64,000 nt of DNA from an uncultured cyanobacterium (GCA_963710605.1 CAVQBA010000007.1:320001-384000), one strand, 5' to 3'; shown: positions 1 through 11,461, numbered from the stretch's first letter. Numbers and translations: made by a program. The notes: generated from the letters alone by a model not told the origin.

Positions 1-86
1 CCCCCGCTCATCCCTATCCCCCTCTATCCCCCGCGCGTTCGGGGGAAGATAAGCAGATGCTTCGCTTTTATGTCTGGGGACTTGGA

Positions 87-124
87 AATAAAAAATGTAC
101 CTCGTAAATATGGGAAAGGCTATA
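87..124. mobile_element. Probable terminus of a TATAGC-ended MITE-like repeat
   Basis: Reverse complement reads TATAGCCTTTCCCATATTTACGAGGTACA, the same TATAGC end as the elements at 47615 and 50754. The other end is not visible in the window. Confidence 0.4.
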
Positions 125-316
125 TCAAAACTAACTAATAATTAATACTCACTATAAAAGCTGAAAACTAGTTTGTTTTTAAGATAAATTTTGTTAAATA
201 ATCAACCGCAGAAAATAAAGAAAAAATGGAAGAGTCTAATAGTTATAAAATTCAAAAATATATAGGGATAATTAGTTTAAAAAAACGATCGATTTACTCT
301 ACTTTCTGATTATTAA

Positions 317-1258
317 TTATTCCACCGTTACACCATGAGGACACATTTGAGTAATCCAAAAATCTAAATTAGGATCATTAATTTGTTGTTTAACTGTAGC
401 GGTAACTGTTTGGGCTTGTTCTTTTGTCTCACACAAAGCGAACACAGTGGGGCCTGAGCCAGACATCATTGCCCCTAAAACATTTTGAGCCTTAAAAGTA
501 TCAATTAGGGAGGCAACGGCTGGATATTCGTTTAAAACAATCTTTTCTAAATCATTACGTAACAAACTACCTACTTTAGTCGTATTTTGCTCGGCAATAG
601 CTTTAACTATATCTCCAGTATGGATTAAATCACTACGATGGGTCAAATCTTGAGGATTAGTAACATAAAGATGATTAAATTGCTCTCGATAACTTTTGTA
701 TGCCCAAGGGGTAGAAACAGTTAGATTACTGTATTTAGCTAAAATAACGTACATATTAGTTAAGTCTGGTAAGGGAGTTATTTTTTCTCCTCTACCTGTA
801 GCGATCGCAGTACTACCTGAAACACAAAAGGCTACATCAGAACCGAGTGAAGCGGACAAATCACGTAATTCAGGTTGAGTTAATCCTAAAGACCAAATTA
901 AATTTATCCCAACTAAAACAGCGGCCGCATTAGTCGAGCCACCTGCTAAACCTGCGGCAACGGGAATATTTTTTTCAATGACAATATCTAATCCGCCTAA
1001 ATTGTTACTAACAGTCGCAAAATTTTTTTGCATCAAACGAGCGGCTTTGTAGGCTAAATTAGTTTCATCAAGAGGTACTAATGAGTTTTCACACTCAAGT
1101 CTAATTTTATCGGTACCATTGGCTCTAAGATGGATGATATCGCCTAAAGTGACACTTTGCATAATCATCACTAATTCATGATAACCATCAAGACGATCGC
1201 CGAGTATTTCTAAATGAAGATTAATTTTTGCCGGTGCGAATAAAGAGTAAGATTGCAT
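317..1258 (-). CDS. ispE: 4-(cytidine 5'-diphospho)-2-C-methyl-D-erythritol kinase
   Basis: APAKINLHL N-terminus, GHMP motif KNIPVAAGLAGGS, LGSDV, MSGSGPTVF. Confidence 0.97.
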   Translation of the reverse strand: MQSYSLFAPAKINLHLEILGDRLDGYHELVMIMQSVTLGDIIHLRANGTDKIRLECENSLVPLDETNLAYKAARLMQKNFATVSNNLGGLDIVIEKNIPVAAGLAGGSTNAAAVLVGINLIWSLGLTQPELRDLSASLGSDVAFCVSGSTAIATGRGEKITPLPDLTNMYVILAKYSNLTVSTPWAYKSYREQFNHLYVTNPQDLTHRSDLIHTGDIVKAIAEQNTTKVGSLLRNDLEKIVLNEYPAVASLIDTFKAQNVLGAMMSGSGPTVFALCETKEQAQTVTATVKQQINDPNLDFWITQMCPHGVTVE

Positions 1259-1309
1259 AGAATATAAATGATGAACTATATATACTTAAAGCCAAAATAA
1301 CAATAACAT

Positions 1310-1597
1310 ATGAGTCGTGACCAAAAACATCCCCTTGCTCATCTCGATAGAGTAATAATTAAAAAAGCATTTGTGGAGGGTAAAACTGATTATAATTTAG
1401 CCGAAATTGCTAGATTAAAAATACGTTATCATAATTTTCCCGGTGCTAGAGATGTTCAACACGATCTAGATTCTATTTTAGAACAATGGGAGATGAGTCC
1501 AGAAGAATTATTTGCGACTACTCGAAATTTACATCAAAACAAAGGTATCTACGGACGTAAAAAAACCCTAACTCAAGATATAGAAGATTGGAGTTAG
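1310..1597 (+). CDS. Conserved cyanobacterial protein (DUF3288-like)
   Basis: DQxHP..DR and LAEIARLKIRYHNFPGARD motifs recalled for this family. Confidence 0.75.
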   Translation: MSRDQKHPLAHLDRVIIKKAFVEGKTDYNLAEIARLKIRYHNFPGARDVQHDLDSILEQWEMSPEELFATTRNLHQNKGIYGRKKTLTQDIEDWS

Positions 1598-1791
1598 TAA
1601 TAGTTAAAAGTTAAGAGTTAAGAGTTAAAAGTTGAAAAAGGCAAGAGGCAAGAGTTAAATTATTAATTCTCAATTCTCTCACTGAACAATTTATACTGAG
1701 CGTAGCCGAAGTATTCTCCATTCAAAAAAACAACCTAAAACCTAAAACCTAAAACTTATTCAAAATCAGTAAATTTCAAACCGAGCTAAAG

Positions 1792-2298
1792 TTAAGAGAA
1801 GTATTTTTTGACTGAGGGGGGATTAATTCCTATTTCGTTTAATAGTTGTGCTTGGGTGTTTAACATATATTCGAGAGAATTATCGTCGGGATGATTGTAT
1901 CCTAACAAGTGTAATAATCCGTGACTGGCTAACCATGCTAATTCGATTTCTAAGGTATGGTTTTCTAATTTAGCTTGTTTAGTAGCAGTTTCAATTGAAA
2001 TAATAATGTCTCCTAAAACGATCGATTCTATTTCCACTATCTCAGGAAAATCATCTTCTAAACCAGCAAAAGACAACACATCAGTTGGTTTATCTTGATG
2101 ACGAAATTGTCTATTTAAAGACTGTATGTCTCGATCGTCTGTTAGCCTCAAACTAATTTCATAGGTTTTATCTGGCTCTAAATCTAAACCCAAATAATTA
2201 AACCATTGATTAAACCAATACTGCCATTGTGATTCTTCAATGTTAGTGTTTTGCGGATATAAATTTTCTAAATAAATTTCTAAATAATACTGATTCAT
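1792..2298 (-). CDS. ybeY: rRNA maturation endoribonuclease YbeY
   Basis: LNRQFRHQDKPTDVLSF, LGDIIIS, HGLLHLLGYNH. Confidence 0.96.
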   Translation of the reverse strand: MNQYYLEIYLENLYPQNTNIEESQWQYWFNQWFNYLGLDLEPDKTYEISLRLTDDRDIQSLNRQFRHQDKPTDVLSFAGLEDDFPEIVEIESIVLGDIIISIETATKQAKLENHTLEIELAWLASHGLLHLLGYNHPDDNSLEYMLNTQAQLLNEIGINPPSVKKYFS

Positions 2299-2474
2299 TA
2301 AAAGTTAAAAGTTAATAGTTAAAAGTTAATAGTTAAGAATAGATCTAAAAAACAAGTTCGGTATTTAGTTTGTAAATATATTTAATTATTAATTATCCAA
2401 CTAAAGGAAGATGTTTTTAAGTATGTCTTAATGATATACTTCGATATCTTTTAAAAAAAATTGAAAAACTGGTT

Positions 2475-3812
2475 GTGAAAAACTTGTGGAATAATCCCCT
2501 AATTCAAAAATTGCTCAACAAACCAACTCGAGTTGTCTTGATTGGATATGCAGGTTATGTATTATTGACTTGGATTTTACTTTGTTTACCCTTTACTTGG
2601 AAAGCAGAGCCAATTAGTGCTTTAGATAACTTGTTTATCGCCACCTCAGCAATCAGCACTACGGGTTTAGTGACTGTTAATACCCCCGATGCCTATAACT
2701 TTTGGGGGCAATTTATTGTTGCTTGTGCATTTCAAGTAGGTGGCTTAGGTTATATGACTCTTGGCTCTTTTGTAATTTTAGCTAGAGAAAAAAACTTACC
2801 ATCTCGTAATACTGAAATTGGTGAAACAGTTTTTTCGTTACCTGATAATTTTGATCTCAAATCGTTTATTAAATATACGATTATGTTCACTTTACTCATC
2901 GAAATCGCTGGTTTTATTGGTCTGTATATTGCTTTTTCAATTGAAGATGTAGATGGTGCTTTATGGGCGGCGATATTTCATTCAATCTCTGCTTTTTGTA
3001 CCGCAGGATTTAGTGTTTTTCCTGATAGTTTGATGGGTTTTCGAGATAATCTGCTTGTCAATGTCATTATTACGCTTTTAAGTTTATTTGGTGCGATCGG
3101 TTTTATTGTCTTGTCTGATTTTTGGTTGAGTATCAAACGCCCTGATAGACAAGTTAGTTTAACAACCAAGATTATTTTATCGGCTACTTTTAGTATCATT
3201 ATTTTTGGTTGGATTTTTCTTTTTCTATTTGATGGCTCAATTACACCATTACCATTTTATTCAAGATTTTTAACTTCTGGATTTCAATCAATGACGGCGA
3301 TGACTACAGTCGGTTTTAACACTCATCCGATCGAAGATTTAACTGCCGCTTCCATACTTGTCGTCTTAATTTTAATGGTTATCGGGGCTTCTCCATCAGG
3401 AACGGGAGGAGGATTGAAAACAACATCCATATCGGCGGCGTTAGGTGCTGTTTGGTCATCTCTGACAGGACATCAAGATGTTAACTTTGGTGGTCGTCGT
3501 ATTCCTAATAATCGTATTTTGGGTGCTTTTTCAGCTTTAGTATTTTATCTCCTGATGTTTTTAGCCGGTAGTACTTTGTTACTTATGTTCCAACAAGGAC
3601 AAAACTTTGAAGATGTTATTTTTGAAGCGGCATCAGCGTTGGGTACAGTTGGTATTTCTCGTGGAATTACAGGCGATTTAACGGCTTGGGGTAAATTAGT
3701 AACGATCGCCTTAATGTTCATCGGACGTATTGGCCCGATTACTTTTGGCTTAGCCTTATTCAGTCAATCTAAACCTAGTGTTCGTTATGTTAAAGAAGAT
3801 ATTGCGATTTAA
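2475..3812 (+). CDS. TrkH/KtrB family potassium uptake membrane protein
   Basis: Four pore-loop motifs (STTGL, SAFCTAGF, TTVGF, SALGTVGIS), GASPSGTGGGLKTT, MFIGRIGP. Confidence 0.92.
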   Translation: MKNLWNNPLIQKLLNKPTRVVLIGYAGYVLLTWILLCLPFTWKAEPISALDNLFIATSAISTTGLVTVNTPDAYNFWGQFIVACAFQVGGLGYMTLGSFVILAREKNLPSRNTEIGETVFSLPDNFDLKSFIKYTIMFTLLIEIAGFIGLYIAFSIEDVDGALWAAIFHSISAFCTAGFSVFPDSLMGFRDNLLVNVIITLLSLFGAIGFIVLSDFWLSIKRPDRQVSLTTKIILSATFSIIIFGWIFLFLFDGSITPLPFYSRFLTSGFQSMTAMTTVGFNTHPIEDLTAASILVVLILMVIGASPSGTGGGLKTTSISAALGAVWSSLTGHQDVNFGGRRIPNNRILGAFSALVFYLLMFLAGSTLLLMFQQGQNFEDVIFEAASALGTVGISRGITGDLTAWGKLVTIALMFIGRIGPITFGLALFSQSKPSVRYVKEDIAI

Positions 3813-3911
3813 GATAAAACTTAATTTGTGATCACGCTTTTATTAATCAGCAAAAAAAGACAGCAAACAGCTAATAATTAATTTTTTACTGTAAACTGTC
3901 TTTTACTGTAG

Positions 3912-4931
3912 TTAGGACAACAACCTTGCTTGAGCAGTCGGATGAGGTAGAGAAGAAGAATTTTTTTCGTTTAAAGAATTATATAAAGCAAAACCACCGA
4001 GTGCTAGAGCAAGTATCCCTACAACCATACCAGCTATTTTTAATTTACTAGTCCCAACATTTTCTTCATCAATATCATCATCATCAGCCGGCTCTTCACT
4101 GTGGGCAAAACGGTTATAAAGAAAATCTAAAGCATAGTTACGTAATTCATAGTAACGAGGATCTTCGGTGATACGACCACGTTTACGAGGACGATCGAAA
4201 GGAATCTCAACAATTTCACCAATATTTGCGGCAGGGCCGTTTGTCATCATCACTAATCGATCGGCTAAAAATAAAGCTTCATCAATATCGTGAGTAATCA
4301 TCAGAATAGTTAGATTATGATCACGCCAAATTTCTAATAATTCTTCTTGCAATTCTTCTTTGGTAATTGCATCTAAAGCTCCAAATGGCTCATCTAAAAT
4401 AAGCACTTCAGGACGAATAGATAAAGCACGAGCGATCGCAACTCTTTGTTTCATCCCCCCTGAGATTTGAGTTGGTTTTTTTTCAGCGGCTTCGGTTAAA
4501 CCAACCATTGCCAAATGTCTTTCTACAATCTCATTTTTTTCTTCTTTACTTTTATCAGGATAAACTGTGTTAACTGCGATATAGACATTATCATAAACTG
4601 ATTTCCAAGGTAAAAGACAATAGTTCTGGAACACCATCATCCGATCAGGGCCTGGTGAAGTGATTGTCTCGTTTTTGAGTTTAACCGTTCCTGTCGTCGG
4701 TTGATTAAACCCTGAAACCATATTTAATAGAGTCGATTTACCACAGCCAGAGTGACCAATAACACAGACAAATTCTCCTTGTTTTATCTCAAGATTAACT
4801 CCATCAAGTACAACATAATCGCCATCAGGAGTTGGATAAACTTTGGAGACATCTTTGATACTGACAAAAGAACTTTTGTCTAAAGTTGAAGTTGAAGAAC
4901 TAGTCGAGTTGCTATTCATTAAAGATGACAT
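3912..4931 (-). CDS. nrtD: Nitrate-type ABC transporter ATP-binding subunit (NrtD-like) with C-terminal acidic linker and hydrophobic helix
   Basis: GHSGCGKST, ISGGMKQRV, LDEPFGALD, MMTNGPAA; last gene of the nrt-type operon. Confidence 0.85.
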   Translation of the reverse strand: MSSLMNSNSTSSSTSTLDKSSFVSIKDVSKVYPTPDGDYVVLDGVNLEIKQGEFVCVIGHSGCGKSTLLNMVSGFNQPTTGTVKLKNETITSPGPDRMMVFQNYCLLPWKSVYDNVYIAVNTVYPDKSKEEKNEIVERHLAMVGLTEAAEKKPTQISGGMKQRVAIARALSIRPEVLILDEPFGALDAITKEELQEELLEIWRDHNLTILMITHDIDEALFLADRLVMMTNGPAANIGEIVEIPFDRPRKRGRITEDPRYYELRNYALDFLYNRFAHSEEPADDDDIDEENVGTSKLKIAGMVVGILALALGGFALYNSLNEKNSSSLPHPTAQARLLS

Positions 4932-5033
4932 TTGGTAGTTATTTGGAGTTTATAGTTTATAGTTTACAGTTAGTTAATTAATAAGTTCAGATAAATTGCT
5001 CACAACTAAAATACAAGTTGCGATTACTGACAA

Positions 5034-7061
5034 TTATTTTTTACTAATGAGTTTGTTGTTATCGTCGATTAAAATTTCAGCTACTTGATAATCACGAGTA
5101 ATTGAGAATCTTTCTAAATAACCGATCGGATCATCAGGACTAAAGACCATTTTGTCAAATAACTCAAAGTTTTGACGATCGGGTTCAATATGGGGTATTC
5201 CTAATTGGCGACAAGCCGTACCAAAAAGATCAGGGCGACGTACTCGTTCTAAAATTTCGATCCAATTACGAGGGAAGGGAATATAACCCCAACGAGCTAA
5301 TTGAGTCAAAATCCATAAACCCTCTGCTCTACCCGGGCAGTTGGAGTGATCTACATAAAACTGATGGAATCTTAATAATGATTCAGGTTCAGTTTCCAAG
5401 TTACGAGAAAATGGTCCAACCAAACCCGGACGAATATATTCTGCTTGAACACCAACATAATCAGGTAAAGTTAGTAATTCTAATATTTCTTCACGATTAC
5501 GACGATCGTCACAATATTCACAAGCTTCAATCAAAGCTTTAACTAAAGCAATATGAGTATTAGGATGAGAGGCTATCCAATCTTCTTTGACACCCAAAAC
5601 TTTTTCAGGATGTCCGGGCCATATTTCAAAATCAGTGGCAATCACATAACCTAAATCTTCTAGTACCGCACGAGAATTCCAAGGCTCACCAACACAATAA
5701 CCATCGATGTTACCAGCTTTTAGGTTAGAAACCATTTGTGGTGGGGGAATAACCATCAAGTTGACATCTAAGTCAGGATCGATTCCACCTGAGGCTAACC
5801 AATAACGTAACATTAAGTTGTGCATCGAGGAAGGATGCACCATGCCAAAGTTATGAACTTTATCAGGAGTATGGTTTAAAGCTTGTTTAAGTTCCTCTAA
5901 ACTACTTACGCCCATTTCAGCAAATGTTTTACTCAAAGTGATAGCGTTACCATTACGACTTAAAACTAATGCTGTAACGATCGGTATAGCGGTTTGAACC
6001 CCTGCTCCTCCTACTCCTAAGGTCATACTAAAAGGCATTCCTGCTACCATTTGGGCGGCATCTAAGCGTCCTGTGGCTACCCCGTTAGCAATTTCTTTCC
6101 ATGATGGTTCACGAACTAAATTAACTTCTTCTAATCCATGAGCTTTAAAAAAACCTTTTTCTTTAGCAATAATTAAAGGTGCACAATCACTAAGAGGAAT
6201 AAAACCAATATCGAGGTTGATTTTTTCTAAACCATTTGCTTTGATTTCCAGAGTTTTTGCTTCAACTTGTCCCACTTTTTTGGAACGTTTTTGTTGATTA
6301 AGGAAGTAAACTATTTCATTACGTAAGGTGTAATATTGAGGATGATTGACTACTTCTAATCTTTTACGTGGTCTAGCCATCGGCACTTCTAATATCTGCC
6401 CGATATGTGCTTGTGGGCCTGTTGTTAGCATCACGACTCGATCGGATAACAATAGTGCTTCATCCACATCATGAGTAACCATAACGCAAGTAACCTGGTT
6501 TTCTTGAACAATCTCCATTAATTTTTCTTGGAGATTACCACGAGTAAGAGCATCTAAAGCACCAAATGGTTCATCTAAAAGCAAGACTTTGGGTTTGATT
6601 GCTAAAGCACGAGCGATCGCAACCCTTTGCTTCATCCCCCCTGATAGTTCTTCAGGACGTTTATTAGCGGCGTGTCTAAGACCAACTAAACTAATATTTT
6701 CATTGACGATCGTTCTTTTTTCTTTATCTGAACGATCTTTAAAAACTCGATTTACCGCCAAAGCGATATTTTGTCTTACAGTCAACCAAGGTAACAAAGA
6801 GTAGTTTTGAAATACAACCATTCTTTCAGGGCCTGGTTCAACTACCTCCTTTCCTTCTAAGACAACCCCTCCTGTACTAGCAGGATACAAACCCGCAATG
6901 ATATTAAGTAAGGTAGATTTACCACAACCTGAGTGACCAATCAAAGAGATAAATTCACCTTTTTGGATTTTTAAATCGATATTTTTTAAAGCAATATATT
7001 CACCACCATCGGGTAAACCAAACACTTTATCGACATTATCTATTTCTATAAAAGAAGACAT
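5034..7061 (-). CDS. nrtC: Nitrate-type ABC transporter ATP-binding subunit with C-terminal NrtA-like regulatory domain (NrtC/CmpC family)
   Basis: ABC domain plus GFIPLSDCAPL...IPPPQMV..YCVGEPWN domain; 675 aa. Confidence 0.88.
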   Translation of the reverse strand: MSSFIEIDNVDKVFGLPDGGEYIALKNIDLKIQKGEFISLIGHSGCGKSTLLNIIAGLYPASTGGVVLEGKEVVEPGPERMVVFQNYSLLPWLTVRQNIALAVNRVFKDRSDKEKRTIVNENISLVGLRHAANKRPEELSGGMKQRVAIARALAIKPKVLLLDEPFGALDALTRGNLQEKLMEIVQENQVTCVMVTHDVDEALLLSDRVVMLTTGPQAHIGQILEVPMARPRKRLEVVNHPQYYTLRNEIVYFLNQQKRSKKVGQVEAKTLEIKANGLEKINLDIGFIPLSDCAPLIIAKEKGFFKAHGLEEVNLVREPSWKEIANGVATGRLDAAQMVAGMPFSMTLGVGGAGVQTAIPIVTALVLSRNGNAITLSKTFAEMGVSSLEELKQALNHTPDKVHNFGMVHPSSMHNLMLRYWLASGGIDPDLDVNLMVIPPPQMVSNLKAGNIDGYCVGEPWNSRAVLEDLGYVIATDFEIWPGHPEKVLGVKEDWIASHPNTHIALVKALIEACEYCDDRRNREEILELLTLPDYVGVQAEYIRPGLVGPFSRNLETEPESLLRFHQFYVDHSNCPGRAEGLWILTQLARWGYIPFPRNWIEILERVRRPDLFGTACRQLGIPHIEPDRQNFELFDKMVFSPDDPIGYLERFSITRDYQVAEILIDDNNKLISKK

Positions 7062-7189
7062 AATTTTTAATAATGGAGAATGGAAAATGGAGAATTGAGA
7101 ATAATTCTACAAACTCAGTGAACACTAATACGGATATTGAGCGAAGTTGAAATTCGGTATATCTAAATTGAGAACAATAATTGTTAGAA

Positions 7190-7210
7190 GTAGGGTGGAC
7201 AATGCCCACC
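7190..7210 (+). repeat. REP-like GTAG palindrome
   Basis: GTAG-GGTGGACA-A-TGCCCACC imperfect hairpin. Confidence 0.6.
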
Positions 7211-7249
7211 ACCACCTCAAAATTATCACTAAGAAACTAACTCGATCGA

Positions 7250-8639
7250 TTACCCTCTCATGGCAAAGAAACTAGGTTTATTAGCACGAATATCAAAACC
7301 ATTAAGATATTCAACTGGCTTACTAGGATCAAATTCTTTATTATCAATGAAAACACTAGCCGGTTCTACTTTCATTACCTCACTTGGTATATCTATACCT
7401 AAAGCCCCAGCGACTTCAGTATAAATATCTCTAGGATAAATAGTATCGATAATTTCATCAGCATTAGCCGGATATTCTCTCATATCGATTTGATTCCAAC
7501 GAATCATTTGAGTAAGTAACCATACCCCATGAGAACGCCAAGGATAGTTCGCATTATCTGGACGTGTTAGGTAGTCCGTGTCAATAAAATTAAATAAGTT
7601 AAAGTCGGGAATATCGGTGTTACGATCGGTTTCATCAAATCCACCGTAGTTATATTTTCCTAACATAGATGCTTGAGCATATTCAACTTTGGCATTTACA
7701 TAAGGACGACGAGAAATAATTTCGACGACTTCCAAACGATTTTCCGGTACATCACAGAATTGACAAGCCTCAATCACAGCCGCAACTAATGCTTTAGCTG
7801 TATTTGGGTTAGTATCAATCCACCCTTGCATTGTACCTAATACTTTTTCAGGGTGTCCATTCCAGACATCTCGATCGACTGTTGCTGTATAACCTGCACC
7901 GTCAAATACTGCTCTTTGATTCCAAGGCTCACCTACACAATACCCATCCATAGTACCTGCTTTAAGGTTTTCTACCATTTGTGGTGGTGGAATAACGATT
8001 AGTTTGACATCTTTTTCTGGATCAATTCCCATCGCACTCATCCAATAACGAGTATTGTAATTGTGCATCGAAGAAGGGAATACCATCGCAAAAGTAGGTG
8101 GTGTGCTTTGCCCTTTGATGTATTTACTATAAGCGGCTCCAAACTCATCAAAGTTAGCATAATCGATCATAGGGCGAATACCAGCATCCCACGCATTTCT
8201 CGATAATGTCATCGCATTACCGTTCAAATCTAACATCATCAACGATCGCATCGGTGCTTGTTCAGGACCTAGTTCGCTGAGCATTGGCATCCCACATAAA
8301 GCATGAGAAGCATCAAGACGACCTTTGACTAAACCATCTCTAACTGTTGCCCAACTAGCTTCTTTACTGATAGTTACGTTAAGACCATGTTTTTCAAAAA
8401 ATCCTTTCTCTTTAGCGATTACTAATGGAGCACAATCAGTTAAAGGAATAATACCAACTGTCAAATCTGTTTTTTCTAATGCTACCAAAATCTGGTGCAT
8501 CGGTACTAGTCCCTGCTGGATTTTCTGATGAATTTGAAGGTGGATTTTCTGCTGGTTGATCTGATTCTCCCGTACAAGCGGCGACTGCAAATCCTGCTGT
8601 TGCCAATCCTGAATATTTAATAAATTTGCGACAATCCAT
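7250..8639 (-). pseudogene. CmpA/NrtA family substrate-binding lipoprotein, interrupted by a +1 frameshift near 8483 (possibly a sequence error)
   Basis: ORF 8436-8639 gives a Tat-like lipoprotein signal (MDCRKFIKY...VAAC). Removing one base joins PDFG to ALEKTDLTVGIIPLTDCAPL of ORF 7250-8590. Confidence 0.85.
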
Positions 8640-8705
8640 ATTTTTTTAATTTTTCTTGAGAATAATTTTAAACAATACTTGAATAATGAAAATGATAGTT
8701 AATAA

Positions 8706-9551
8706 TTAACCAACTGTTCGATCTCCAACTACTAGTTTTTGAATGAATGCTACAAATTGGTCTAACAAAAGCCCAACTACACCAATAATGATTAGTGACA
8801 AAATTACTAAACTAATTTCGCCTGTGTTATAAGTATCCCAAACGAAGAAACCGATACCTGTTGTTCCTGTAAGCATCTCTGCGGCTACAATTACCAACCA
8901 AGCAATCCCCAAGCTAAGTCTTAAGCCTGAAAAAATGTAAGGTAAAGTTGAAGGAATCATAATCTGTTTAACAACATCAAATTTAGATAAATTGAGTACT
9001 TTAGACACGTTCCAATAATCTTTAGGGATACTAGCAACTCCTAAAGCAGTATTAATCAATGTTGGCCATAATGATGTAATAACGATTACAAACACAGCAG
9101 GTGCTAATTGTCCGGGGAAGACGACAATACCGATCGGTAACCATGCTAAAGGTGAAATTGGTTTACCAATAGCTACTAAGGGCATCATCATTTTAGAAGC
9201 CTTTTCAGAAGTACCAACTAAAAAACCTAATGGTACAGCAATCAATGTAGCGATGACAAACCCGATGGCAACTCTTCCTAAACTAAATAAAGTGAGGAAG
9301 AAAATTCCTTCGTCTCCAGGAGTTAATGAAAAGGCATTTTTTAGATAAGGAATACTTTCTGTGATAGTTGTTAGAGGATTAGGTAAAACACTTAACTCGC
9401 CTTCGGTGCTTTTAGCGACTATACTCCAAATAATTACGACAGCGAATATACCTAACACAGGTAGGATTAGATTTTCTCCGTTTCTACCTAAAAATTTTCC
9501 CCAATCAACTAGAGGTTTTTTATTAACATTTGATTCTTTAGCTATACTCAT
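8706..9551 (-). CDS. nrtB: Nitrate-type ABC transporter permease (NrtB family)
   Basis: KPISPLAWLP, WPTLINTALGV, GLRLSLGIAWLVIVAAEML. Confidence 0.85.
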   Translation of the reverse strand: MSIAKESNVNKKPLVDWGKFLGRNGENLILPVLGIFAVVIIWSIVAKSTEGELSVLPNPLTTITESIPYLKNAFSLTPGDEGIFFLTLFSLGRVAIGFVIATLIAVPLGFLVGTSEKASKMMMPLVAIGKPISPLAWLPIGIVVFPGQLAPAVFVIVITSLWPTLINTALGVASIPKDYWNVSKVLNLSKFDVVKQIMIPSTLPYIFSGLRLSLGIAWLVIVAAEMLTGTTGIGFFVWDTYNTGEISLVILSLIIIGVVGLLLDQFVAFIQKLVVGDRTVG

Positions 9552-9723
9552 TAATTTAAGTTTTTGGTTTGATTACTTCTAATTAAAGTTATGAAAATTA
9601 AATTTGTTTTTTTCACAACCAAGGACAAATTCAGATCTCTTGTTCACGCAAAATAGCGGTGATTTTAATCTTTGATTTATTAACTTTGATGTAGTTATTT
9701 AAAACTTTTCTTTTTCTTAAGAT

Positions 9724-9739
9724 TGTATTTTTTGTAACA
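9724..9739. promoter_or_regulatory. Possible NtcA-like site upstream of the nrt-type operon
   Basis: TGTA-N8-AACA, one mismatch to GTA-N8-TAC. No clean TAN3T -10 box at the canonical spacing. Confidence 0.3.
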
Positions 9740-9918
9740 AAATATGAATTTAATGTTAAATCAGAATTAGTTTGATGCACTAAACGAATAATAAATAGAT
9801 AAATAGATAGTTGACAATTGAACCTTATTTTTCTATGATCGCCACAAAAGTTATCCTTGCTGTTACTTCTAAGTAAATACCAGTAAATTATTATTATGGA
9901 TGATGAATTTAATTGTTT

Positions 9919-11323
9919 ATGAATCAAAAAATACGGATCGAAAAAGATAGTCTAGGTGAGATTGAAGTACCACAAAATCGTTATTGGGGTGCACAGACGC
10001 AACGATCGTTACATCACTTTAGTATCGGTGAAGACATTATGCCGCTCGAAGTTGTTTATGCTTTAGCGATCGTGAAAAAAGCTTCGGCAATCACAAACCA
10101 CGAATTGGGTAAATTGTCAACAGAAAAAAAAGAATTAATTGTTCAAGTAGCTGATGAAATCACAGCAGGAAAACTAAACGATCATTTCCCTCTGTATGTG
10201 TGGATGACAGGTAGCGGTACGCAGAGCAATATGAACGTCAATGAAGTGATTGCTAATCGTGGCATTGAAATAACAGGTGGTGAATTAGGCAGTAAAAATC
10301 CGCTCCATCCTAATGACCATGTTAATATGTCTCAATCTTCTAACGATACTTTTCCTACCGCCATGAATATTGCCGCGGCGATCGCAATTAACGATCGATT
10401 AATACCTAAAGTAACTAAACTAAGAGACGCTTTAAACGAAAAAGCCCAAGAATGGAAAGAGATTATTAAAATTGGTCGGACACATTTACAAGATGCTGTA
10501 CCTTTGAGTTTAGGACAAGAATTTTCAGGTTATGTCGGGATGTTAGATGATAACATAGAGCGAATTCAACAAGCCCTCCCCGGTATTTATCAACTAGCTT
10601 TAGGAGGAACAGCTTTAGGTACAGGAATCAATGCCCCGAAAGGTTTTGCCGAGAAATCAGCCCATCATATCGCTCAACTAACAGATTTACCTTTTGTCTC
10701 TGCACCGAATAAGTTTACCGTAATGGGTTCTCATGACGCTATGGTAATGTTAAGTGCTGTTTTAAAAACCTTAGCAGGTTCGTTGTATAAAATTGCTAAC
10801 GATATTCGTTTACTTGCTTGTGGTCCTAGAGCGGGTTTAAATGAGTTAGAATTACCTGTAAATGAGCCGGGTTCGTCAATTATGCCCGGTAAAGTCAATC
10901 CAACTCAATGTGAAGCTTTAGCAATGGTAGCGGTGCAAGTGATGGGTTATGACAATGCGGTTGCTTTTGCGGGTGCTAGTGGTTATTTAGATATGAATGT
11001 TTATAAACCGATGATGATTTATAATGTTTTGCAATCGATCAAAATTTTAGCTGATAGTTGTAATAACTTTACTGATTTTACAATTAAAGACATCAAAGCT
11101 AATCAAAGTAGAATTAGCGAGTTAGTAAACCAGTCGTTAATGTTAGTAACTGCTCTCAATCCCAAGATTGGTTATGATAAGGCTTCTAAAATTGCTCATT
11201 TAGCCTACGAAAACGATCTTACCCTCAAACAAGCCACAATCGCAGTTAGGTTATCTTAGTGAAGCTGAATTTGATGATTGTATCGATTTACAAAAAATGG
11301 CATACCCACACAACAATGAGTAA
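9919..11323 (+). CDS. fumC: Fumarate hydratase class II; apparent +1 frameshift near 11245 removes the last 25 codons as written
   Basis: [28 protein letters not shown] signature. The shifted frame continues [18 protein letters not shown] to TAA at 11323. Confidence 0.95.
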
Positions 11324-11399
11324 TGAGTAAGGAGTAAGGAGTTAAGAGTTAAGAGTTAAGAGTTAAGAGTTAAGAGTTAAGAGTTAAAAGTTAAGAGTT
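11318..11399. repeat. Heptamer tandem repeats (GAGTAAT/GAGTAAG/GAGTTAA; STRR type)
   Basis: Directly visible tandem 7-mers. Confidence 0.9.
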
Positions 11400-11461
11400 G
11401 TATTTGAAGGTAGAGATAATTACTTAATTCTAAATTCTGAATTCTATGCTATATTATTAAT

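Noticed and set aside
9631-9927. 98-aa minus ORF
   Set aside because: AT-rich promoter region between divergent genes; no protein-like features.
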